A stretch of DNA of 64,000 bases, taken from an uncultured Ignavibacteria bacterium. GTDB taxonomy: Bacteria; Bacteroidota; Ignavibacteria; Kapaibacteriales; UBA2268. Below are positions 36,976 to 46,328 of the stretch, one piece after another. The position numbers and the translations under genes were made by a program. Within the stretch, counting starts at the first letter, position 1, and the number at the start of each line of letters is the position of its first letter. The stretch covers positions 15,311 to 79,310 of the forward strand of contig CAIOZA010000139.1 of assembly GCA_903862655.1 (NCBI GenBank), given 5' to 3'. The notes under the pieces are model-generated. The model was not told the origin of the DNA. It did no database searches and saw nothing but the letters and a program-made list of their open reading frames with translations.

Positions 36976-37419
36976 ATTTACGGTGAATCATTTGATGATA
37001 AGTTATTTATTTCCGATTTCTGCTTGAATTCTTCTTAATGCTATAATTTATCTTTTCCAAAAGAATTCGATCTATATTTATATTATAATAACTTTTTTAG
37101 TTGATATTTTTGATAAATCAATTTACAAAGAAAAAAATGAACTTCAAAATTATTTGATAATAATAATTATTTTAACTAGCTAATTATTAAAAAAAAAAAA
37201 ACAATTTTCTATTGTAATGTATAATTAGTGAAAATATGCTTATTAGAATTTGTGCTTTTTCTATTATTGTATGAAATGAATACAATAGATACCTGCATGC
37301 GCAGATATGACAGCATTTTCAGTAATTGGTTTATACATAACACAACTGGATTCTTCGCTATGCTCAGAAGGACAGAAGTAGATGTATCCCCGTTTGCGCG
37401 GGGGTAACATCTGAAATAA

Positions 37420-38385
37420 TTAAATAATTACTCTTTGGAATTTTTGAAATTCCTTTTCGTTGGGCAGTCGGACTCCGACGAAATGGACAACCTCGGACTC
37501 GTGAACCAGAGCGGAGGCAAAGCCTTCTTTTGATTCGTAACGATAGTCTTCTCCCAAACCGACTGATTTATACATGTTCTCATATCCGTAGCGGATATAA
37601 TTTAGAAATTCTTTGCATTGATTGACATAATCAACTTCTTTGTATTCTTTATTGTCAAAATGTGCTGTTGAAGAATAGCTCTTTATGAGCTTTTCAGCTA
37701 CATTTGAGAATGACTCTGCATTGGACAGATACTCAATTCCTGCGATCTCTCCGTTAATGATGATAATCATTCCTTTCTGATTTTCTACTGCTTTGAATTC
37801 CTTTTGGTAATCCCCGAATTCTTTTTCATTTTTCTCATACACATCGTCCATAGCCATTGTGTTGCTTTCTACTTTTGCTCTACGGGTGAATGCAGCGACA
37901 TCTTCCCATACTTCAGACTGATCTGCACGGAACTTATTCGATACTTTTAGACTCATATTGACCGAAGCCATTCGCTTGGCACGGATTTCATAGTTCATAA
38001 GGTTATCGGAATCTGCAAAGTGTTTGTTTTTGCTGTAGTTCCATCTCCCCTGCTCCACGCAGGCAACATTGATAATGGTCGTAGTCTTTTTTTCGAGAAG
38101 AACTGTAGCATTGATTACGCGGTTTTGCTTTGCCCCGATGAACTGTTCACCATCGATAATCAGGACAAGATTATCCGAGTGGTTGATTACTTTCAATTCG
38201 GGAACATGACCTGATTCACTGACTTCAGTAATTTCAACTTCTTTTGCTTTGATTGATTCGGATAATGTTCTGTAAATTAGTTTATCACCATTATTATGAA
38301 ATAAAGGGATAACTGTCATATTCTTGTAGCTCTGGGGTGAGCCGAAGGATACGCTGTCGATTAATTTTGCAACTGAGGGATTCAT
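37420..38385 (-). CDS. ARPP-1-like (DUF6569-type) protein
   Basis: Start chosen at MNPSVAKLIDS. Motifs MTVIPLF, EVEITEVSESGHVPELKVINHSDNLVLIIDGEQFIGAKQNRVINATVLL and VACVEQGRWNY match my recollection of the ARPP-1 family signature (DGEEL-GAKQNR ... CVEQGRW). Not database verified. Confidence 0.55.
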   Translation of the reverse strand: MNPSVAKLIDSVSFGSPQSYKNMTVIPLFHNNGDKLIYRTLSESIKAKEVEITEVSESGHVPELKVINHSDNLVLIIDGEQFIGAKQNRVINATVLLEKKTTTIINVACVEQGRWNYSKNKHFADSDNLMNYEIRAKRMASVNMSLKVSNKFRADQSEVWEDVAAFTRRAKVESNTMAMDDVYEKNEKEFGDYQKEFKAVENQKGMIIIINGEIAGIEYLSNAESFSNVAEKLIKSYSSTAHFDNKEYKEVDYVNQCKEFLNYIRYGYENMYKSVGLGEDYRYESKEGFASALVHESEVVHFVGVRLPNEKEFQKFQRVII

Positions 38386-38470
38386 AAATAACTCTTTATT
38401 ATTTGGAAAATAATATTTACATTGCAAAAATAACGGGCAGTACGTCACAAAATGTCATTTATAAAAATTG

Positions 38471-39484
38471 ATGAAAAAAAATATGAAAAAAAAGTCGGGA
38501 GAAGAATCAGGGCAATCTTTGCAAGCCAGAAGAGTTGTCTGGATGCTGAAGAAGCTACAGAATGGATACAAGTTTACGGCTAAGGACTTTAAGAAGGAAA
38601 TTGATATTGAGTTTGGCGAAGTATCGCTAAGAACTGTTCAACGAGACATACAGCTACTTCAGGAATGTGAGACTCTGGTCGAGTCTTATCAGGACGGTAA
38701 GTCACCATACTATTATTTTTCAAAAGTGAGCAGAAGACCATCAATACCTAAAATTGAATCAAGTGAGTTGCTATCGTTCCATATTTTAAAGGCATATCTG
38801 AAGAATTTTAAAGGAACAGTTATTGAAGCCGAAGCAAATAAATTATCAAAGAAGCTGGATTATGTAGCACCAGAAGATGTGTTTCTCGAAGAGAGTTTGT
38901 ATTGGGATAAGAATATAGGTCAGTTTGATTATACAGATTTTGATCCATTGATAAGAAGAGTGATTTACCAGATTACTAATAAAAAATGGGCAGACATACA
39001 GTATAGACCTGTGGAATCAGAGGAGAGCCGTCTCTATACTGCGTTCTTTAGATCAATTTTTACTTATGCTGGTTATCTATATGTTGTGGCTTATCTTCCT
39101 GTGCATAATAGCCATGTAGCATTTGCCATACATAGATTAGAGGCGATAAACGAGAAGGAGAATTATAATCATGAATTACCTGATTTTGATTTGGATGAAT
39201 TCGCCAAAATAAGATTCGGAGTTTACTGGGGACAAACAGAAGAAGTTGAACTATACATACAAAGCAAGTATGCTCATTACTTTGAGAACAGGAAATGGCA
39301 TACATCGCAGAGATTCGCGACAGACAGGAATGGGAATTTGACGATAAGGATGACTGTTCCGATAGCGACTGACTTCGTAGCCTGGCTTATGAGCTGGGGT
39401 GACCTGATTACGGTCAGAAAACCACAGATACTCATAGATCAAGTAATTGACAGAGCTGATAGAATACTAAACAATTATGAATAA
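38471..39484 (+). CDS. WYL-domain transcriptional regulator (YafY/BrxR/CapW-like: HTH + WYL + WCX)
   Basis: N-terminal HTH (RRVVWMLKKLQNGYKFTAKDFKKEIDIEFGEVSLRTVQRDIQLL), a central WYL-like region (IQYRPVESEESRLYTAFFRSIFTYAGYLYVVAY) and a C-terminal extension (TVPIATDFVAWLMSWGDLITVRKPQIL). Divergent from the ARPP-1-like gene. Confidence 0.7.
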   Translation: MKKNMKKKSGEESGQSLQARRVVWMLKKLQNGYKFTAKDFKKEIDIEFGEVSLRTVQRDIQLLQECETLVESYQDGKSPYYYFSKVSRRPSIPKIESSELLSFHILKAYLKNFKGTVIEAEANKLSKKLDYVAPEDVFLEESLYWDKNIGQFDYTDFDPLIRRVIYQITNKKWADIQYRPVESEESRLYTAFFRSIFTYAGYLYVVAYLPVHNSHVAFAIHRLEAINEKENYNHELPDFDLDEFAKIRFGVYWGQTEEVELYIQSKYAHYFENRKWHTSQRFATDRNGNLTIRMTVPIATDFVAWLMSWGDLITVRKPQILIDQVIDRADRILNNYE

Positions 39485-39500
39485 TTTTCCGGAGGTTGAG

Positions 39501-40085
39501 ATGAAAAATAAAATTCTTTTATTGTCTTTGATGGTAATCATTGCTTTGACTTCTTGTTCAAAATTCAGATACAAACAAACTGAAGTAAAGGAAGAGGATA
39601 AACCTCAGGTATCAGTAACGAACACAATATCGATTCCTGTAGACAAGGATGTGGCACCAATGACTGGTGAGATACCTGCAAACAATCCCGACACTGTTCT
39701 GACAGTAACCTCAACAGATGAGAAGTTCTTCCTGAGAAACGGACAAGATGCTAACTTTATTTATGGTGGAAGAATCAATCCGGAAGATGTTTACTGGGTT
39801 TATGAGCAAACGCTTGATGGATACAATCTTTCGCTAAAGTACAAGACAGAGGTTGTTGATATTCAATTTGAAAGGTTATGCCAGAATTTTATAGTAGCCA
39901 GTCCCAGCCTTACTAATGTTAAATATCCCAAATCAATGAGATATGAGCAGATAATATGGACACCACGTGAAGACGGATATTGGGAAGTAAGGATGGGCAC
40001 GACTGAAAGAGGTTGCAAGAGCAAAGCCCTACAAGATTTGCAGAAATTACGAAACAAAGATTACGACAAAGCAGTACCAAAATAA
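39501..40085 (+). CDS. lipoprotein of unknown function
   Basis: GGAGG precedes the ATG at 39501. Lipobox ALTSC. The upstream alternative start overlaps the WYL gene end. Confidence 0.6.
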   Translation: MKNKILLLSLMVIIALTSCSKFRYKQTEVKEEDKPQVSVTNTISIPVDKDVAPMTGEIPANNPDTVLTVTSTDEKFFLRNGQDANFIYGGRINPEDVYWVYEQTLDGYNLSLKYKTEVVDIQFERLCQNFIVASPSLTNVKYPKSMRYEQIIWTPREDGYWEVRMGTTERGCKSKALQDLQKLRNKDYDKAVPK

Positions 40086-40102
40086 TTAAATAGGAGGCTG
40101 TC

Positions 40103-40555
40103 ATGTTTAAATTTAACAAAATTCTCGTCCCAACAGACTTTTCGGAACAGTTTGGCATAGCACTTAATTATGCAAAAGAGCTTGCGCAATCAACTGGTGC
40201 AGAACTGCACATAATTCATGTTAACGAACACACAGTATATCCGGCAGATGTGGGAATAGCACAAGCCAGCTTCATCGATTTGGAAATTGAGCTTAAGACA
40301 AAATCATTGAATCTACTGGAGATCCTCAAAGATGATCTGGTAAAGGAAAATATTAATGTTAAAATTGCGGTAAAATCCGGCAGACCTTCAGATCAGATAA
40401 TTGAATATGCTTTTGAAGAAAGGATTGATCTGATTTGTATAGCCACTCATGGCAGGAGCGGATTTGAGCACCTATTGTTCGGGAGTACGACAGAAAAAGT
40501 TCTGAGAAAAGCTCCCTGCCCTGTCCTTGCTGTCAGGATACCAAGCAACAGATAG
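40103..40555 (+). CDS. universal stress protein (UspA family)
   Basis: ILVPTDFSE ... IIHV ... DLICIATHGRSGFEHLLFGSTTEKVLRKAPCPVLAV. Confidence 0.9.
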   Translation: MFKFNKILVPTDFSEQFGIALNYAKELAQSTGAELHIIHVNEHTVYPADVGIAQASFIDLEIELKTKSLNLLEILKDDLVKENINVKIAVKSGRPSDQIIEYAFEERIDLICIATHGRSGFEHLLFGSTTEKVLRKAPCPVLAVRIPSNR

Positions 40556-40688
40556 GGATAAAAAAATATCATGGACAAATAACATGTTTCAATTAAATCA
40601 TATTAACAGAGATATTTAATATGATTTGTTTTTCCATGTATAATTAACTATTTTTAATGTTTTAAATTGAATTAAACAATATTTTAGT

Positions 40689-41711
40689 ATGATTAGAACT
40701 ACCCGTCTGGTGACAATCCCTTCTCATATAAAGCAGGAAGAAGAGTTACATCCTGAGGCAACAGGTACATTCTCCAGTTTGATGCAGGACTTGACCTTAG
40801 CTTTGAGAATAATCGCATGGGAAGTTCGCCGTGCCGGTTTGAATGATATTCTAGGTATAACAGATAATACAAATTACAATGGAGATATCGTAAGAAAGCT
40901 CGATGATTACTCGAATTCAGTAATTATCAGGGCTATGGATCATGGTGGGAATTTATGCGTTATGGCTTCCGAGGAGTCAGACGGATTGATATCTATACCC
41001 GAAAAATACGTGAAGGGCAAATATGTTTTGGTTTTCGATCCTTTGGACGGATCAACAAATATAGATGTTAATATTACCATAGGAACCATTTTCTCGATAT
41101 ACCAGAGGATAGATCCAGACTCAAAATCTGACGGAACCCTTGATGATATTCTTCAACCCGGTCACAAACAGGTAGCTGCAGGATATGTGTTGTACGGAAG
41201 CAGTACAACACTTGTTTATACAAGTGGGCATGGGACACATGTATTTACTTATGATCCAACTATAGGCGAATTTATTATGACATTTGAGAATCTAGAAATT
41301 CCTAAGCGAGGAAACTTGTACAGTTGCAACGAAGGAAATTTTTTTAAGTGGAATAACCAAAGAATCAGAGACTATGTAAATTACTTGAAGACACCGAGTG
41401 AAGATGGTGTAAGACCATATAATCTTAGATATATCGCAACATCTGTAGCGGACATTCACAGAACTATCTATTATGGCGGTATATATTTGTATCCTGAAGA
41501 TACATCTTCGCCTAAGGGCAAGATAAGGCTGGTATATGAGGCTAATCCACTGGCTATGATAATTGAACAGGCAGGAGGCAAAGCAATATCCGGGACACAG
41601 CGGTTGATGGATATTGTTCCGGAACACATACATCAGAGAGTGCCATTCTTCGTTGGCAGTAAAGATGATGTAACGGATCTGGAAATATTTTTAAGGAATG
41701 GTAAATTATAA
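40689..41711 (+). CDS. fbp: class 1 fructose-1,6-bisphosphatase
   Basis: VFDPLDGSTNIDVNITIGTIFSIY and LRYIATSVADIHRTIYYGGIYLYP. Confidence 0.9.
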   Translation: MIRTTRLVTIPSHIKQEEELHPEATGTFSSLMQDLTLALRIIAWEVRRAGLNDILGITDNTNYNGDIVRKLDDYSNSVIIRAMDHGGNLCVMASEESDGLISIPEKYVKGKYVLVFDPLDGSTNIDVNITIGTIFSIYQRIDPDSKSDGTLDDILQPGHKQVAAGYVLYGSSTTLVYTSGHGTHVFTYDPTIGEFIMTFENLEIPKRGNLYSCNEGNFFKWNNQRIRDYVNYLKTPSEDGVRPYNLRYIATSVADIHRTIYYGGIYLYPEDTSSPKGKIRLVYEANPLAMIIEQAGGKAISGTQRLMDIVPEHIHQRVPFFVGSKDDVTDLEIFLRNGKL

Positions 41712-41757
41712 AAAAAATAAATTGAATAATATTAAGAATGATAATAGTTACAAATTG

Positions 41758-42732
41758 ATGAATATTAAGGAAATAGCAAAACCAGTAGAAAAAAGTTTAG
41801 ATGAATTTGATGAATTTTTCAAGAATCTGATGCGTTCAAAAGTATCCCTTCTTGATCTAATTGTCAGATACATTACTAAGAAAAAGGGGAAGAGAGTTAG
41901 ACCAACCCTTGTATTCCTTAGTGCAGAAGCCTGTGGTGGAATTACCAGCCGTAGCTTTATAGCGGCTTCAATGACTGAACTTTTGCATACTGCCACACTG
42001 GTTCACGACGATATAGTTGATGAAGCCAGCGAACGGCGTGGTATTGCCTCAATCAATAGTGCTTGGAGTAATAAGATTGCCGTTCTTTTCGGAGATTATC
42101 TTTTGTCAAGAGGATTATTGGCAGCAATCGATAATGATGAATTTGAATTTTTAAAATCATTATCGACAAGTGTAAAAAGAATGAGTGAAGGCGAGCTACT
42201 TCAGATACAGAAGAGCAAGGATAACCATATTGATGAAGACACTTACTTTAAGATAATATCGGATAAAACTGCATCTCTCATTGCGTCAGCATGTCAGCTC
42301 GGTGCTCTGAGTGCTACGGACAACAAAGAATATCATCAGGCTATGTATCATTATGGTGAATATCTTGGTTTGGCTTTTCAGATAAAAGATGACCTGCTTG
42401 ATTATCAAGCAAAAAGTGCACAAATCGGAAAACCTGTGGGTAATGACATTAAGGAAAAGAAAATTACTTTGCCTTTATTATTTGCATTGACACAGGTGGA
42501 CAAAGCAAAATCCAAAGAAATAATAAAATTAATAAAGAATGGAAATCTAAGAAAAAAGAATATAAATGAAATAATTAAATTTGCATCCGAATTCGGAGGA
42601 ATTGAATATGCAATGAAAAAAGCTATTGAGCTATCATCAAAAGCAATTGCTGAACTAAGCATATTACCTGAATCAGAATCAAAGACTTCGTTGACTAATT
42701 TTGCAAATTTTGTTATTAACCGCGAACTTTAG
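41758..42732 (+). CDS. ispB: long-chain polyprenyl diphosphate synthase (IspB-like)
   Basis: LVHDDIVDEASERRG and FQIKDDLLD. I chose the ATG at 41758 (MNIKEIAKPV), which gives about 324 aa. The track start at 41698 would overlap fbp. Confidence 0.8.
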   Translation: MNIKEIAKPVEKSLDEFDEFFKNLMRSKVSLLDLIVRYITKKKGKRVRPTLVFLSAEACGGITSRSFIAASMTELLHTATLVHDDIVDEASERRGIASINSAWSNKIAVLFGDYLLSRGLLAAIDNDEFEFLKSLSTSVKRMSEGELLQIQKSKDNHIDEDTYFKIISDKTASLIASACQLGALSATDNKEYHQAMYHYGEYLGLAFQIKDDLLDYQAKSAQIGKPVGNDIKEKKITLPLLFALTQVDKAKSKEIIKLIKNGNLRKKNINEIIKFASEFGGIEYAMKKAIELSSKAIAELSILPESESKTSLTNFANFVINREL

Positions 42733-42841
42733 AATGCATTTCAAAAATATTTTTCATAGAAATCATTCTTATTAAATTGATGAACTAATTGTATACCAAA
42801 CATTAAAAACAATATTATAAATATTTAGTAAGGAAATTGAT

Positions 42842-43540
42842 ATGGATAATCAAAGTTTCGTTAGTCCTATACAAGACAACTCTGTGGTGAGGGAACAGCA
42901 GAGGTTCATGTCCAAAGTTTATGGCTGGATGGTGAGTGGATTACTTGTCACAGCTCTCACAGCGTATTTTATATCTTCAAGTGAAGAACTGTTAAGCATG
43001 ATTATTCCTGTAATGATAGTACTAATTCTCGCAGAGCTTGGATTAGTTGTTTTCTTGTCAGCAAGAATAGAAAGGATGTCCAAAACAACAGCTATCGTAT
43101 CATTTTTGCTATATTCATTCCTAAATGGGCTCACATTGTCGGTGATTCTTCTAACTTACACAGCTGAATCAATTTCGACTACATTCTTAGTAGCCGCGAC
43201 AATGTTTGGTGGGCTAAGCCTCTTTGGGTTTGTTACTAAAAAGAGCTTATCCGGAATGGGCAGTTTTATGTTTATGGGCTTGATTGGTATAATTGTTGCT
43301 TCTGTGCTCAATATGTTTATAGCTAGTTCAGCATTGCATTTTGCTATCAGCATTCTTGGCGTTATTATATTTGCAGGTTTGACTGCCTATGATACTCAAA
43401 AACTGAAGGACATGTATGAAGTTCAGTACGGAGACGAAGCAACAGCTGCAAAAGCCTCAATTATGGGTGCATTGATGCTTTACTTAGATTTTATCAATTT
43501 ATTCCTCTTCCTTCTGAGAATATTCGGAAGCAGAAGATAA
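42842..43540 (+). CDS. Bax inhibitor-1 / YccA family membrane protein
   Basis: FMSKVYGWMVSGLLVTAL, seven hydrophobic helices and a basic C-terminus. Confidence 0.85.
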   Translation: MDNQSFVSPIQDNSVVREQQRFMSKVYGWMVSGLLVTALTAYFISSSEELLSMIIPVMIVLILAELGLVVFLSARIERMSKTTAIVSFLLYSFLNGLTLSVILLTYTAESISTTFLVAATMFGGLSLFGFVTKKSLSGMGSFMFMGLIGIIVASVLNMFIASSALHFAISILGVIIFAGLTAYDTQKLKDMYEVQYGDEATAAKASIMGALMLYLDFINLFLFLLRIFGSRR

Positions 43541-43559
43541 TAATTAGTCAAGAAAATTA

Positions 43560-44735
43560 ATGGAAAACCTATCTATACTTTTTGCTATCGAGGCAGAGGA
43601 AATGTTCAACAATGGTGACTTTTTCTCTGCTATTGATTTATGTATGAGAGGAAAAGAACAGTTTCCGGATTATCAGCTTGGGTATGTAATATTAGCTAAA
43701 GCTTATTACGAAATATATGATTACGAGAATGCTAAGTTAATAATTGCAGAAGCCAGAAAGAAATTTCCGACAAACAGATTAATTAATTCACTATACGAAA
43801 CTTTCAATAATCAGACAGAGGTTGATAATGGATCATTACTTGATGTATTTGACACAACTGTTGAGCCTGAATCCTTCACTTCTGATGAACCCATTGTATT
43901 AGAAGAAATACTTAATTATTCTGAAATTGGATTGGAACCTGCTATTGAAGCCGAACCTGATGTCGATGATATATCTATTGAATCTGAGACAATTGATGAA
44001 GGAGATACTGTCGAGTTAGAGGAAACAATTAGTGTTCCTGAAATTGGATTGGAACCTGATATTGAAGCCGAATCTGATGTCGATAATATATCTAGTGAAT
44101 TTGAGACAATTGATAAGGAAGATACTTTCGAGTTAGAGGAAACAATTAGTGTTCCTGAAATTGGATTGGAATCTGATATTGAAGCCGAATCTGATGTCGA
44201 TAATATATCTATTGAATCTGAGACAATTGATGAAGAAGATACAATTGAGTTGGAGGAAACGGCTGAACATGGAATTAATGAAAATGATTCCAGGGCAGAT
44301 CAGGAAAATTTTCTTCGTTTAGTTGTTTCTTATGATGCTGGTGATATGAATATAAACTCTTTGAAATCCAGCAATCCAGCCTTAATCCCCGGATTGAATT
44401 ATACTCCGCTTCGAGCAAGAAGCCGACGTTCAACAGAAAGAAGCGATAAGCACATACCTATCTTCCCTGACTTTTCAGTGCATTTTGGTGATGAATTAAT
44501 TCAACACAGGAACTTTGATAGCTACTCAAATGATATCGACAATTATGAATCCGATGAATACGATGAACCAGTGGATAGCATTCCTATGATAGTATCCGAT
44601 ACTTACGCATCAATACTTGTTGCGCAGGGAGCATATTCAGAAGCATTGGGAACATACAAGGAACTTTGCTTGAGAAATCCTGAAAAATCAGAATTTTACA
44701 ATCAAAAGATTGAAGAACTTCAATTGATGATTTAG
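43560..44735 (+). CDS. TPR-like protein with a central acidic tandem-repeat region
   Basis: N- and C-terminal TPR-like helices (GYVILAKAYYEIYDYENAKL; AQGAYSEALGTYKELCLRNPE) flank three 39-aa acidic repeats. Confidence 0.6.
   Translation: MENLSILFAIEAEEMFNNGDFFSAIDLCMRGKEQFPDYQLGYVILAKAYYEIYDYENAKLIIAEARKKFPTNRLINSLYETFNNQTEVDNGSLLDVFDTTVEPESFTSDEPIVLEEILNYSEIGLEPAIEAEPDVDDISIESETIDEGDTVELEETISVPEIGLEPDIEAESDVDNISSEFETIDKEDTFELEETISVPEIGLESDIEAESDVDNISIESETIDEEDTIELEETAEHGINENDSRADQENFLRLVVSYDAGDMNINSLKSSNPALIPGLNYTPLRARSRRSTERSDKHIPIFPDFSVHFGDELIQHRNFDSYSNDIDNYESDEYDEPVDSIPMIVSDTYASILVAQGAYSEALGTYKELCLRNPEKSEFYNQKIEELQLMI
43923..44273 (+). repeat. three tandem 117-nt (39-aa) in-frame repeats
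   Basis: EIGLEPAIEAEPDVDDISIESETIDEGDTVELEETISVP / EIGLEPDIEAESDVDNISSEFETIDKEDTFELEETISVP / EIGLESDIEAESDVDNISIESETIDEEDTIELEETAEHG. Unit starts are at 43923, 44040 and 44157. Confidence 0.95.
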
Positions 44736-44820
44736 GTATCCTTTCCGTAATTATAATTAAGATTTCCTTTACTATTTTATATGCGACATAATAAAGCATG
44801 ATTTTATTTATTTTTGTAAT

Positions 44821-46020
44821 ATGAAAGAAAACACAATACTAACAGTTAGTGAATTAACAGGTACGATAAAGAGAGTACTTGAAAATGAGTTTGGAGATAT
44901 AACCGTAAAAGGGGAAATATCTAACCTTATTAATCATTCTTCAGGGCACAGGTACTTTACATTGAAGGATGACGGTGCCCAGATTCAGTGCACACTCTGG
45001 AAAAGTCGCCCTGTAAATTTCGTATTAACAAATGGAATGAAAGCCATTGTACGTGGTGCTCTTTCTGTTTATCCCCCACGTGGGAACTATCAGATTGACG
45101 TTACGCGAGTCACTCCGGAGGGACAAGGAGATTTCTACCTGGCTTTCGAAGCATTAAAAGCGAAACTAAGCGAAGCAGGATATTTTGATCATGACAGAAA
45201 GAAAGCTTTGCCTGAAATCGTTCTGTCAATTGGAATAATCACTTCTCCAACTGGTGCAGTTATCCAGGATATGAAGACTACAATTAACAGAAGATTCCCC
45301 GCCGCTACTATATATTTCCGACCAGCCAAAGTTCAGGGTGACGATGCATCAGCAGATATTTCTTCAGCTATAAGGGAAATGCAGAAACTGCCTCTTGATG
45401 TCATCATTGTTGGCAGGGGTGGTGGATCAATAGAAGACCTTTGGCCATTCAATACTGAAGAAGTCGCAAAAGCTATCTATTCATCAAAAATTCCTATTGT
45501 ATCTGCTGTCGGTCATGAAACCGACACTACAATTGCTGATTTTGTAGCTGACCTGAGAGCACCAACTCCAACGGCTGCAGCAGAATTGGTAACGACAAAC
45601 ACATTAGCTGACTATAATAATTATTTTTCAGATTTATCGAGAAGGATGATGGATTCTATGACATCAAGAATCGAAGCTGGAAAAGATGACATTTTTTCTT
45701 TCCTAAATTCTTATAGTGTACGGAAATTTATTAATAAAATCAGACAAAATCAGCAATTTGTCGACGAGCTGGATAGTTCATTGCAGACTACAGCATCAAG
45801 GAACATAAAATCACTGAATCAAAATCTTAGCAGGATTGAAGCACACTTGCTATCACTTAATCCAGATAATCCACTAAAGAAAGGTTTTGCTATTGTGCGA
45901 AATGAATCCGGTGCAATAATTGGGAATAATTATCAATTGAAGAATACGGATAAAATAGTTATTCAGCGTTACAAACAAAAGGTTTTAAGTCAAATACTCG
46001 ACAATCAATATTTAGGATAA
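44821..46020 (+). CDS. xseA: exodeoxyribonuclease VII large subunit
   Basis: LTVSELTGTIKRVLENEFGDITVKGEISNL...GHRYFTLKD and GRGGGSIEDLWPFN. Confidence 0.9.
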   Translation: MKENTILTVSELTGTIKRVLENEFGDITVKGEISNLINHSSGHRYFTLKDDGAQIQCTLWKSRPVNFVLTNGMKAIVRGALSVYPPRGNYQIDVTRVTPEGQGDFYLAFEALKAKLSEAGYFDHDRKKALPEIVLSIGIITSPTGAVIQDMKTTINRRFPAATIYFRPAKVQGDDASADISSAIREMQKLPLDVIIVGRGGGSIEDLWPFNTEEVAKAIYSSKIPIVSAVGHETDTTIADFVADLRAPTPTAAAELVTTNTLADYNNYFSDLSRRMMDSMTSRIEAGKDDIFSFLNSYSVRKFINKIRQNQQFVDELDSSLQTTASRNIKSLNQNLSRIEAHLLSLNPDNPLKKGFAIVRNESGAIIGNNYQLKNTDKIVIQRYKQKVLSQILDNQYLG

Positions 46021-46024
46021 AATT

Positions 46025-46249
46025 ATGAAATCTACAAAGAAAAACTTCGAAGAGCAATTGAACCGCCTGCAGGAAATCATTGATATTTTGGATAATTCGG
46101 ATACTCCACTCGAAGAGATGATGAAAGTATACGAAGAAGGCATAGAACTGACAAAAATTCTTAAGGATTACCTCAACAAAGCAGAACTAAAAGTTATTGA
46201 AATAGGCAAAGGATTAGAGAATCAGATTGAAGAACCAATATTAATTTAA
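46025..46249 (+). CDS. xseB: exodeoxyribonuclease VII small subunit
   Basis: FEEQLNRLQEIIDILDNSDTPLEEMMKVYEEGIELTK, located immediately downstream of xseA. Confidence 0.9.
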   Translation: MKSTKKNFEEQLNRLQEIIDILDNSDTPLEEMMKVYEEGIELTKILKDYLNKAELKVIEIGKGLENQIEEPILI

Positions 46250-46328
46250 TCATCAAACTTAAAAATTTGTGCATCTAATTTTCAGTTTTCGTAATTTACA
46301 AAGTTTTAAAAACTGAAACTTTAATCAG

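Noticed and set aside
37189-37201. An A13 homopolymer in the intergenic region upstream of leader A.
   Set aside because: It lies in extremely AT-rich DNA and corresponds to an A8 run in the homologous upstream region of module B (about 56484-56491). Length variation between the copies looks like neutral slippage rather than a specific signal.
43923-44273. A regular 117-nt periodicity considered as a possible CRISPR-like array.
   Set aside because: The units are directly adjacent with no spacers. They are in-frame inside an ORF and encode a coherent acidic peptide repeat.
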